A stretch of 64,000 nt of DNA, from positions 15,230 to 79,229 of the forward strand of contig JAFGHC010000030.1 of assembly GCA_016939335.1 (NCBI GenBank), in the 5' to 3' direction. The notes below the pieces were generated by a model. That model was given only the letters and a program-made list of their open reading frames with translations, ran no database searches and was not told the DNA's origin. The DNA is from Candidatus Saganbacteria bacterium. Its GTDB lineage: Bacteria > Margulisbacteria > WOR-1 > O2-12-FULL-45-9 > XYB2-FULL-48-7. This document shows, in pieces, positions 9,607 to 18,023 of this stretch. Position numbers and translations under genes: made by a program. Every line of letters starts with the position of its first letter. Within the stretch, counting starts at the first letter, position 1.

Positions 9607-10583
9607 GTCAGCGGCCTCCCGAGCACGTCCGGGGAAACCCCCTCAAGATCATCGATGGCGTACTCGTCGACCAGGAACGAGCAGTTCCGGCAGCTCTCGT
9701 TCTCGCGCCGCCTTTTTTCGAGCTGCAGGCGCCAGAATTCGCGCACCCGCTTCCCGCCCCAAATGGCGGAGATCTTTTCGGTCAGGGCGTTGCCCACGCA
9801 GGTGTTCCCCCGCCAGTCGGGGTCGCACATGATGACGTCGCCGTTGAAATGAACGCTCATCATTTTGAACGGCTGGGGGCAGACCTCCCGCCGCACCGGC
9901 CCGTCGGCGCCGGCCAGCCAGTGATGGGGCTTTTCCAGCGCCGCCTCATCGGCGATGTCCGAATATTCCTTCAGAAAAAGATCGTTCTCCGCCGGCTCAC
10001 CGCTTTCCAGCATTTTCACGTAGATGAACGGCCGCGCGGCGCCGGCCGCCGCGCGCAGCTCTCTTAACGCGGCGATGTTGTCCCTGATCGTTCTGACACT
10101 GGTCCGGCCCTGCGTCAGCGCCTCATGCTTTTTCTGATCGACCGCATAGATCGAACAGCGCAGGTAATCCAGCCCGGCATCGATCAGCTCCCGCGCGACC
10201 CGCGGGGTAAGCAGCGCCGCGTTCGTCGTGATCTCGAGCCGTTCGGCCAGACCGAGCTCTTTGCAATATTTCACCATCGCGGGGGTGGCGGGATTGAGCA
10301 GCGGCTCGCCGAAGCCGATGATCCGGACCACCTTTATTTTGGCGCCCGGCCAGGCCGCCAGGTCGTCCGCGATCATTTTAAAATCTTCGAATTTCATGTA
10401 TCCCCTTGGCAGATAGGAATGGAAGTCCGGCTCGTTCTGGAAACAGCAGCGGCATTTGAAATTGCAGACGCTGGCCGGCTCAAACAGGATGGTGAACGGC
10501 TTCGCCAGCGGGATCGCGTCGCGCAGGCTGACCCGTTTTTCCTTGAGGGCCGAATATTTTTCTTGACTACTGAATGTAATCAT
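9603..10583 (-). CDS. Radical SAM/SPASM(twitch)-domain protein, paralog C
   Basis: 326 aa; EPASVCNFKCRCC motif, C-terminal Cys-rich CPQPFK..C..C..CRNC; same family as 1289..2299 and 4360..5370. Confidence 0.7.
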   Translation of the reverse strand: MITFSSQEKYSALKEKRVSLRDAIPLAKPFTILFEPASVCNFKCRCCFQNEPDFHSYLPRGYMKFEDFKMIADDLAAWPGAKIKVVRIIGFGEPLLNPATPAMVKYCKELGLAERLEITTNAALLTPRVARELIDAGLDYLRCSIYAVDQKKHEALTQGRTSVRTIRDNIAALRELRAAAGAARPFIYVKMLESGEPAENDLFLKEYSDIADEAALEKPHHWLAGADGPVRREVCPQPFKMMSVHFNGDVIMCDPDWRGNTCVGNALTEKISAIWGGKRVREFWRLQLEKRRRENESCRNCSFLVDEYAIDDLEGVSPDVLGRPLT

Positions 10584-11679
10584 CCTTCTCCGTAAAGATC
10601 TCGCGGTAGTCGACCGGCAGCGGTTTGCCGTAGAACCGCGACATGTACTTGTCGATAAAGGCCCGGTCCTCTCCCGCCAAACAGATCGGGGAGCGGTTCC
10701 CGAAATACTTGATCTTCAGCCCGCGGTCGACGATCGTCTTGAGCGGTTCATCCAGAACATTGCCGATGGTGATATGCATGAAGACGCAGGGAAAGACGTC
10801 GCCGTATTGCGAGATATGAAAGCAGCCCTTCAGCGCGCCGCAGCCGCCGCGCATCCCGTACGATGGGAAAACATCGCGCCGGGCCGCCGGATATTTCTGG
10901 TTGAGCTCGCGGAGGAATTTGGCGTCCTCCGCGTCGATCAGGACGTCGTGGCGCCCTTCCCACTGCCCGAGCGCCTTGGCAATGACCAGATCGAGGGAAA
11001 AACCGTTCTCCTGGGCGAACTGCGCCAGCTTGACCGTCGCGTCAGTCCGGGCGTTCTGGTGCGTGATGACATGCTGAATGATCGTGTCGAGGCCGGCGTT
11101 CTTGGAATTCCAGATCGCGGCGATCGCCTTGCCGTACGCGCCGTCGCTGGCGCGGTTCGCGTTATGCAAGGCCTCGTCGTAGCTGTCGAGGCTGATCATC
11201 ACCTTGTCCAGCCCGGCCGCTTTCAGATGCTTCGCCTTTTCCGCCGTCAGGAAATAGCCGTTCGTGCTGATCCCGATATGGAATTTTTCCGGCATCAGCG
11301 CCCGCAGCACTTCGTCGAAGTTCTTCAGGATCAGCGGCTCGCCGCCGGAAACGTTGAACTGGCACCAGCCGAGCGCGTCGGCCTGTTCGGCGATGCTGCG
11401 CAGGTCCGCGAGGGTCAGCGAGCGGTCCTTCTTCTGGAACATATTGGCCATGCAGTGCTTGCACTTGAGGTTGCAGGCGTAGTTGTACCCGATGTCGATC
11501 CGGGAAGTTGGCTCCCCGCGCGCCTGTTTCTCCGCCAGCTTGATGATCTTCTCGTACACCAGCGGTTTTTCTCTTTTTAATTTTTCACGCTTGGCATTTT
11601 CAATCGCTTTTTTTAAATCATGATCTGACATTTGTCCCTCCCGGCTATTTATTATTAATGTACTCTCTATACATTTCAT
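10567..11679 (-). CDS. Radical SAM/SPASM-domain protein (distinct family, PqqE/anSME-like)
   Basis: 370 aa; GYNYACNLKCKHCMA CxxxCxxC motif; C-terminal GGCGALKGCFHISQYGDVFPC SPASM-like cluster; true start may be the internal Met MSDHDL. Confidence 0.7.
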   Translation of the reverse strand: MKCIESTLIINSREGQMSDHDLKKAIENAKREKLKREKPLVYEKIIKLAEKQARGEPTSRIDIGYNYACNLKCKHCMANMFQKKDRSLTLADLRSIAEQADALGWCQFNVSGGEPLILKNFDEVLRALMPEKFHIGISTNGYFLTAEKAKHLKAAGLDKVMISLDSYDEALHNANRASDGAYGKAIAAIWNSKNAGLDTIIQHVITHQNARTDATVKLAQFAQENGFSLDLVIAKALGQWEGRHDVLIDAEDAKFLRELNQKYPAARRDVFPSYGMRGGCGALKGCFHISQYGDVFPCVFMHITIGNVLDEPLKTIVDRGLKIKYFGNRSPICLAGEDRAFIDKYMSRFYGKPLPVDYREIFTEKDDYIQ

Positions 11680-12151
11680 GGACCTTTAAAAGATTTTCCG
11701 GGGCCCGGCTGAAAAAATCGTACATACCTGGCCGAGGCTCCCCCCCATGATATTTCAATTGCGACAACGGGCCGGTGACCAGCTTACAGCGATAGAGAAA
11801 GGAAATGGCGTGCCCCCGCTCGCGCATTGTCTTCGTGATGTGCTCGTAAGTCACTATCGGTTGGGCCTCAAAATCAATTTCACAGCCCAATTCAAGTTCT
11901 GCCACCTTGACGATTCGCTCGCGGGCAAGCTCCTGGAAGCGGATGATGCCGCCGGGAATGTGCCAGCCGCGGCCATGGTAGATGTCATCGCGCCACGTCA
12001 GGAGCACCCTGCCCTGATCGTCCTTGATCAGGAGATCGACGTTGACCATCGGGGTCAGGCCCGACAGCAGGAGAAAGACCGGCTCCGGCAGCCCCTGGCG
12101 CGGATCTTGGCACTCAGCCGCCAAAACCTTGATCGCTTCGTCAAGCTTCAT
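11645..12151 (-). CDS. NUDIX-family hydrolase (GDP-mannose mannosyl hydrolase-like)
   Basis: ORF track gives 11645..12214. The preferred start is the ATG at 12151 (MKLDEAIKVL), which overlaps the upstream TGA as ATGA. Degenerate Nudix-box-like GGIIRFQELARERIVKVAELELG. Confidence 0.45.
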   Translation of the reverse strand: MKLDEAIKVLAAECQDPRQGLPEPVFLLLSGLTPMVNVDLLIKDDQGRVLLTWRDDIYHGRGWHIPGGIIRFQELARERIVKVAELELGCEIDFEAQPIVTYEHITKTMRERGHAISFLYRCKLVTGPLSQLKYHGGEPRPGMYDFFSRAPENLLKVHEMYREYINNK

Positions 12152-12615
12152 GGCTGTTCCGCCTCCCCGATATATTCCAGCAGTTCCAGGAGGCAGCCAG
12201 CGCCACCGGCGCACTTGAGCTGCCGGTTGGCAACCGCCTTGACCGCCGGGACGGCATTGGCCGGACAGACCGCCAAACCGGCCAGCTTCATGGCCGCAAC
12301 ATCATACTTGCCATCCCCAACAAAGCAGATCTCTTCCCGCGTTGTTTTGGTCTGGAAGCGTATCTCGTTCAGGGCGGCCGCCTTATCCTTGCAGCCGCTG
12401 TAAAAAAAATCGGGCTGGAAGCGATCTCTGATCACTTTCGCGATCGACGTGGACTCGCCGGTGATCACCCCCACCTTCAACCCGCGCCGCTTCAGCTCAA
12501 AGATCGCGTCAATATCCCTGTAGTCTATGGTCTTGAACTCATTGCCCGACGAATCGAAAGTGACCTTGCCGTCCGTCAGCACGCCGTCAATATCCATCAC
12601 CACTATTTTAATCAT
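12148..12615 (-). CDS. KdsC-family HAD-IIIA sugar-phosphate phosphatase (Kdo-8-P/KDN-9-P phosphatase-like)
   Basis: 155 aa; VMDIDGVLTDG motif I, GDGKYD motif, size and motifs match the KdsC family. Confidence 0.7.
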   Translation of the reverse strand: MIKIVVMDIDGVLTDGKVTFDSSGNEFKTIDYRDIDAIFELKRRGLKVGVITGESTSIAKVIRDRFQPDFFYSGCKDKAAALNEIRFQTKTTREEICFVGDGKYDVAAMKLAGLAVCPANAVPAVKAVANRQLKCAGGAGCLLELLEYIGEAEQP

Positions 12616-14380
12616 CTTTGCTCACCGCCATGTTCTCCTCCAGTTCCTCGGCCGGCAGATCGGGCCACATCTCCTCCAGCGGCTTCGACGCCATTCCGCC
12701 GCCGGGCAGCTTCATCGCCCGCACCCTGGGCATGACCGGCTGATCGCTTCTGACCTTAAGGCGGCAGAGAACAGGTTCAGCCCCCGTCAAGACTTCCGCG
12801 ATCCCGGTTTTCAGATCCTGACCGCTCATTATCTCCGCCGGCCGCAGCTTGTACGCCCTGGCGACGGCGCAAATATCGGGCAACGTGAACCCGCTTGAGG
12901 CGTCCGCGCCGACGATGAAGCCGTTGAACATGTTCCGCTGGGTGTTGGCGATGCTCGCATAGCCGCCGTTGTCCAGGATGAACATCTTGAGCGGCAGCCG
13001 CAGCCGGCGCACCGTTTCCAGCTCCTGAAGATTGAGCTGAAAGGCGCCGTCGCCGTTGATCAGGACCGTGCGGCGCCCGCCCAGCGCCAGGCAAGAGCCG
13101 ATCGCGTAAGGCAGACCGAACCCCATCGAGCCGAGGCCCGCCGCATTTTTGACGCTCTGGCCGAACTTGACCCTCAGCGCCTGATAGGTCACCTCGCCGG
13201 CCGCGCCCGAACTTTCGGGCACTATTATGTCATCTGGTTTAAGCTGGCGGCAAAGTTCCGCAGTGAACCGGTAGAGATCGACCCCGTCAGCCGGCTCCGC
13301 GCCGTCATTCACTTCGGGATAACGCTTCTTCAGCCGCGCGCAATGGGCCAGCCACTCCGCATGGTCCGGCAGCTTGATCGTCAGCTCTGTCAACGCGCTC
13401 ACGGCCGTCTTGACATCAGCAATGACCCTTAAGTCCACATTCTCGATCTTATTGATCTCGGCCGCGTCAATGTCGATCATGATCTTGGACGCGTTGCGGC
13501 CAAAATCCCGACTGTTGAAGGCGGTCAGGCTCGGATCGAGCCGGCTGCCGAGGACCAGCAGCAGGTCGCAGGTCTGGACGATAAAATTCGCGTACCGGCT
13601 CCCCAGGATGCCGGGGAAGCCGAAATTAAGCGGATGATCATAGCCGAGGAAATCGGCTGTTTTCCAGGTCAGGACCATCGGGACCCGGTGCTTCTCCGCA
13701 AAATTCCTGACGGCCGCCGAGGCGCCGGAAAGTTTCACTCCGTTGCCGACGAGGATCAGGGGGCGTTTTGAACGTTCCAGCGCGGCAACGATCCGGTCGA
13801 GCGGGAGCTTTGGCTCAGGCGGCGCCGGTTTAACGTAACCCTGTAAAACATTTTCATCGACCATGGCCCCCTGCACGTCAAGGGGAATATCCAGCCAGAC
13901 CGGCCCCATCCGCCCCGTGGTCGCCTCGTGCCACGCCTTTTCGAGATGGAACCGCACCTCCCCTGGTTCCATAATGGTCACCGCGTACTTGGTGATGCAG
14001 CTGACCATGGAGATGATATCCACTTCCTGCGAGCCCATCTGCCGCACGCCGCTCTTCCCCTTAAGGTCGGAACGCTTTGCCTGGCCCGAGATGAACACGC
14101 ACGGTGTCGAATCGATATAAGCGGCGGCCACGGCGGTGATCGTATTCGTGCTCCCCGGGCCGGAAGTGACCAGTCCGACGCCGGGGCTGTTCAGATGCTG
14201 GCCGTGCGCTTCGACCGCGATCGCCAGGGCCTGTTCGTGGAAGAAACAGGTGTATTTCAGCTTCGGGCAGCGCCCCAGCGAATCGACCAGGTGAATAGCG
14301 CCGCCGCCGGGGAGCATGTACACCATCGTTATCCCCCGCGACACCAAAAAATTCATTATATAATCAGAAACTTTGATCAT
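12608..14380 (-). CDS. Thiamine-diphosphate-dependent enzyme, acetolactate-synthase-large-subunit fold (YerE-like sugar branching enzyme candidate)
   Basis: 590 aa; three-domain AHAS-like layout, TPP motif GDGAFQLN..(x25)..LDNGGY; embedded in the sugar operon. Confidence 0.7.
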   Translation of the reverse strand: MIKVSDYIMNFLVSRGITMVYMLPGGGAIHLVDSLGRCPKLKYTCFFHEQALAIAVEAHGQHLNSPGVGLVTSGPGSTNTITAVAAAYIDSTPCVFISGQAKRSDLKGKSGVRQMGSQEVDIISMVSCITKYAVTIMEPGEVRFHLEKAWHEATTGRMGPVWLDIPLDVQGAMVDENVLQGYVKPAPPEPKLPLDRIVAALERSKRPLILVGNGVKLSGASAAVRNFAEKHRVPMVLTWKTADFLGYDHPLNFGFPGILGSRYANFIVQTCDLLLVLGSRLDPSLTAFNSRDFGRNASKIMIDIDAAEINKIENVDLRVIADVKTAVSALTELTIKLPDHAEWLAHCARLKKRYPEVNDGAEPADGVDLYRFTAELCRQLKPDDIIVPESSGAAGEVTYQALRVKFGQSVKNAAGLGSMGFGLPYAIGSCLALGGRRTVLINGDGAFQLNLQELETVRRLRLPLKMFILDNGGYASIANTQRNMFNGFIVGADASSGFTLPDICAVARAYKLRPAEIMSGQDLKTGIAEVLTGAEPVLCRLKVRSDQPVMPRVRAMKLPGGGMASKPLEEMWPDLPAEELEENMAVSKDD

Positions 14381-15228
14381 TATTCGTGAGACTCCAGGCG
14401 GATATGCGATCTTAATTTTTTGGCGATCGGCACTTCTTTCTCCTGCATTTTCTTGACGCCATCCCCCATCGCCTTTTCGATCTTCCGCAGCCCGCCGATC
14501 ATCTGGACAAAGGTGGCCGGCTCCAGCGAAACCGCCTGATCGGAGCCGTACATGGCGCGGTCAAGCGTGATGTGCCTCTCCAGCGAGGTGATCCCAAGGG
14601 CGGCGGCGGCGTAGGAAACCGCGATCCCGCCCTCATGGCCGCTGTAACCGACGTCGCAACGGTAACGGTCGCGCAAGAGCGGGATACAATTCAGGTTGGC
14701 GTCCTCGTCATTGGTCGGATAGGTGGAAACGCAATGCATCAGCTCGAAAGGGCAATTCGCCTTCTTGAATATCTCCACCGCCCGGTCGACCATCTCGAGG
14801 TCGCACATCCCCGTGGAGATAAAAGTATGTTTCCGTTCCGCAGCGACCTGGCGCAGCAATTCCAGGTCGGGCATCATGGCCGAGGCGACCTTGTTATGTT
14901 TCAAGTTATACTGGTGCAGGAACGCCTGGCTCTCCCGGTCCCAGGCGGAAGCGAACCATTCGATCCCCTTCTCCCTGCAATAGCGATCGATCTCGTCATA
15001 TGCCGCCCGGCCAAGCTCCAAACCCAACTTTTGCTCCCGGGTGGTCGTCCCCCAGGGGCTTTCCCGGGGCTTGTCCAGTTCTTCTTTCGAATAAACCTTT
15101 TCGACCGTCCGTTTCTGGAACTTAACGGCATCGGCCCCGGCCACCTTCGCCACATCGATCAGCTGTTTGGCGATCTCGACGCTCCCGTTATGATTGATCC
15201 CGATCTCCGCAATAACAAAGATCCTCAT
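14380..15228 (-). CDS. NeuB-family sialic acid synthase-like aldolase (short, apparently lacking the C-terminal SAF domain)
   Basis: 282 aa; N-terminal IAEIGINHNGS signature of NeuB/PseI/LegI PEP-condensing synthases; about 60 aa shorter than canonical NeuB. Confidence 0.65.
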   Translation of the reverse strand: MRIFVIAEIGINHNGSVEIAKQLIDVAKVAGADAVKFQKRTVEKVYSKEELDKPRESPWGTTTREQKLGLELGRAAYDEIDRYCREKGIEWFASAWDRESQAFLHQYNLKHNKVASAMMPDLELLRQVAAERKHTFISTGMCDLEMVDRAVEIFKKANCPFELMHCVSTYPTNDEDANLNCIPLLRDRYRCDVGYSGHEGGIAVSYAAAALGITSLERHITLDRAMYGSDQAVSLEPATFVQMIGGLRKIEKAMGDGVKKMQEKEVPIAKKLRSHIRLESHE

Positions 15229-15251
15229 GATCTCCCTCCTTTAATTTCCGT

Positions 15252-18023
15252 TCAAACCGCCCTTTGACAAAAACCCCTGATCTGGTCGAGCGCATAATCG
15301 ATCATCTCCCCGGTCAGGCCCGGATAGACACCGATCCAAAACGCCTGCTTCATGACCAGATCGGTATTCTTTAATTCCCCCGCGACCCTATACCCTTGCT
15401 CCTTGCCCCTCATCTCGTCAAAACACGGATGCTTGACCATATTGCCGGCAAAAAGCATCCGGGTCTGGATCCCTTTCGATTCAAGGGATCTAACTATTTC
15501 GTCCCGGGAAAAGCCGGCCCGCTCTTTTACGGTCAAAAGAAACCCGAACCAGCTCGGCTCGGAGTTTTCCGCCGCTTCCGGCAGGACAAAAACACTCTTC
15601 AGCTCGTCCAGGCCCCGGCGGAGTTTCTCCCAGTTCTTCCTCCTGGCGGCAATGAAATTTGGGAGCTTCTCGAGCTGGGCGCAGCCGATGGCCGCCTGCA
15701 GATCGGTGGCCTTCAGGTTATAACCGAAATGAGAATAAACATACTTATGGTCGTACCCGTACGGCAAGGCGCCGAACTGTTGGGTAAATCGTTTACCGCA
15801 AGTGTTGTCCTTACCCGAAGGACACGAGCAATCCCTCCCCCAATCCCTGAACGACTCGACATTTTTCTTGAGCTGCGGGTCGTTGGTGTAAACCGCCCCG
15901 CCCTCCCCCATGGTATTATGCAAAAACACTCCCAGGAAACCACCATAAAAGTTTTCTTTCCCAGGCACTGAAAAATCATAAACATATTCATTTTCCCCAT
16001 AATTGATTTCTTGTATGCTTCTGATCTTTAAAAAGCCGACCTCCCCTGCAACCACCTTCAGTAAATCACTATTTGAAACAATATATTTTGCTAGCCGCTT
16101 TCTGGAAATCGTCTTTTGCCCTTTGCCAATACTTATATAATTCCTAAAGACATCCAACAGCGGGGCTTGAAGGGCAACATTGTTCCGTTCCTTCTTGTTC
16201 TGCTTGACGATGGATTTCCCCCGGTAAATATAACCGCTAAAACTAAGCGTATAGTTGTCTTGCGAGGTTGTCCAATTATTCCCGATCTTCTTTTTTTTAC
16301 CGATATTTCTCCTATAAAAAGAAGCGCTTATCCCCACCCTGGACAACAAGTATTGAAAATCATTTAACAAATCCAGGGAAACGCTGGTGACATCGATATG
16401 ATTCGTATTGCCGGCCCTTTTTCTTTCCGAACCGTCTCCCTTTGTGTATCCATATATAAAAGCTTTAATGCATTTTTCATCGCCGTGATAAATAAACCAT
16501 GGTATGCGCTTGTTCTTTGCTCCTTTTTTAATCGCAAAAATCTCCGAAAAGACAATCTCAACATTTTTTGATTGGACTTCGATAACGGCTGAATTCCCCG
16601 CCTCTCTGACGGCGACTGATAAACCGAACAACGCTTTAATAAGACGTTTGACATCATTGATCAAATCGCGCTCTTTCTTGTGAAAAGAGAAAACTAAACC
16701 GTTTTGGTATGCTCCTTCAGCAATAAAATAACCGATCAGGCGGAACAGCTCTTCATTGACCGGCAGTCGAGCGGGGATCTTGCGTGATTGCGCGATCCCA
16801 ACCAGTAATTCTTCTTTTTTCAGATCATACATTTTCAAGTACTTGATCGGTAAAGTATTTCTGTCCTTGAATTGCCATCGCTGGTCGGCCTTCTTGACAT
16901 ATTTAAGATTAAAACGCGAGAAACCCGACACATAAGCATCCTTGCCAAAAAAAGGCTCGAGAATATTTATAGAATCGATTTTCCCCGGGCTGGGGATCTC
17001 ACTAGTAACAACAATATAATCATTTTTGCCTATCAACCCTGCCTGCTTCGGCACTATTTTCGCAGAATTTTTATCCAACACAAAGACACTATGATCTTCC
17101 GTAACTTCAACTCGTCTGCCATGTTGACAGACTATTTTCATCATTTTCTTTTGTCCTAACTTATGTCTCAAAATAGAAGCGGGAATTGTCCATCTAACCT
17201 TATTGTCTTTATCAAACGACAAAACCTGGATTTTTTCAGGCTGATCAACATAAAGCTCGAATATTCTATCAATCCTGTCAACTCGCCAGCTTCCCTTTTC
17301 ATCCAAGTATGGAATTGGAGTGTTTTTTGAGCAACTCATATGGTGCGGCGGATAAAAGCTGGAAGTGCCGAGATCGCCAAAAGTTCCCGTATAACCCCAT
17401 TGGCCGTTCAAATTGTATCTCGAGCCCAAAGAATCACAATTGTCCTCGATCAGCCAGAGCTCATGCTCCTCGCAGAATTTCTTGACCCGGCCGACGTCAA
17501 AGGGGTTCCCCAGCGTGTGCGCCAGCATGACCGCCTTTGTTTTTTCCGATAAAGCCTTTTTAAGCTGGCGGCAATCGATGTTATAGCCCGGCAGCGTGAT
17601 GTCGGCAAAGACCGGGACCGCCCCAAACTGGATGATCGGGGCAATGGTGGTGGGAAAGCCGGCCGCCACCGTGATGACCTCATCGCCGGGCTTGATCCGC
17701 CGCGCGCCGAGTTCCGGCACGGTCAGCGCCATAAACGCCAACAGGTTGGCCGAAGAGCCGGAATTCACCAGCGAGCAATATTTGACGCCCAGAAATCCGG
17801 CCAGGCCCTGCTCGAATTTCTCCGCGTACCTGCCCATGGTCAGCCAGAATTCGAGGGAAGAATCGACCAGGTTCCCGATCTCTTTTTCATCGAAGACCCG
17901 GCCGGCGTAGGGAATGCGCTCACCGGGCACCCATGGCCTTTTCTTGTGATTAACCCTGTAATATTCTAGTGCGGCCTTGACGGCCTTTGCTCTTAATTGA
18001 TCCTCGTTTCTTTCGCTACACAT
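15252..18023 (-). CDS. ddhC: CDP-4-keto-6-deoxy-D-glucose 3-dehydrase (E1; DdhC/RfbH, DegT aminotransferase fold) interrupted by a LAGLIDADG intein
   Basis: 923 aa, versus about 430 aa for typical RfbH. The N-extein ends GDLGTSSFYPPHHM(S) and the C-extein resumes TMGEGGAVYTNDPQLKKNVESFRDWGRDCSCPSGKDNTCGKRF, collinear with the Salmonella RfbH motif SFYPAHHITMGEGG..FRDWGRDCYC. Confidence 0.85.
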   Translation of the reverse strand: MCSERNEDQLRAKAVKAALEYYRVNHKKRPWVPGERIPYAGRVFDEKEIGNLVDSSLEFWLTMGRYAEKFEQGLAGFLGVKYCSLVNSGSSANLLAFMALTVPELGARRIKPGDEVITVAAGFPTTIAPIIQFGAVPVFADITLPGYNIDCRQLKKALSEKTKAVMLAHTLGNPFDVGRVKKFCEEHELWLIEDNCDSLGSRYNLNGQWGYTGTFGDLGTSSFYPPHHMSCSKNTPIPYLDEKGSWRVDRIDRIFELYVDQPEKIQVLSFDKDNKVRWTIPASILRHKLGQKKMMKIVCQHGRRVEVTEDHSVFVLDKNSAKIVPKQAGLIGKNDYIVVTSEIPSPGKIDSINILEPFFGKDAYVSGFSRFNLKYVKKADQRWQFKDRNTLPIKYLKMYDLKKEELLVGIAQSRKIPARLPVNEELFRLIGYFIAEGAYQNGLVFSFHKKERDLINDVKRLIKALFGLSVAVREAGNSAVIEVQSKNVEIVFSEIFAIKKGAKNKRIPWFIYHGDEKCIKAFIYGYTKGDGSERKRAGNTNHIDVTSVSLDLLNDFQYLLSRVGISASFYRRNIGKKKKIGNNWTTSQDNYTLSFSGYIYRGKSIVKQNKKERNNVALQAPLLDVFRNYISIGKGQKTISRKRLAKYIVSNSDLLKVVAGEVGFLKIRSIQEINYGENEYVYDFSVPGKENFYGGFLGVFLHNTMGEGGAVYTNDPQLKKNVESFRDWGRDCSCPSGKDNTCGKRFTQQFGALPYGYDHKYVYSHFGYNLKATDLQAAIGCAQLEKLPNFIAARRKNWEKLRRGLDELKSVFVLPEAAENSEPSWFGFLLTVKERAGFSRDEIVRSLESKGIQTRMLFAGNMVKHPCFDEMRGKEQGYRVAGELKNTDLVMKQAFWIGVYPGLTGEMIDYALDQIRGFCQRAV
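15915..17333 (-). other. Intein (473 aa) with LAGLIDADG homing-endonuclease domain inside ddhC
   Basis: It begins with Cys (CSKNTPIPYL) directly after HHMS. Block B is VEVTEDHSVFV (TxxH). The two LAGLIDADG motifs are LIGYFIAEGAY and FIYGYTKGDG. Blocks F/G are VYDFSVPGKENFYGGFLGVFLHN, followed by +1 Thr. The intein DNA is AT-richer than the exteins. The N boundary could shift one residue (Ser230). Confidence 0.85.
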
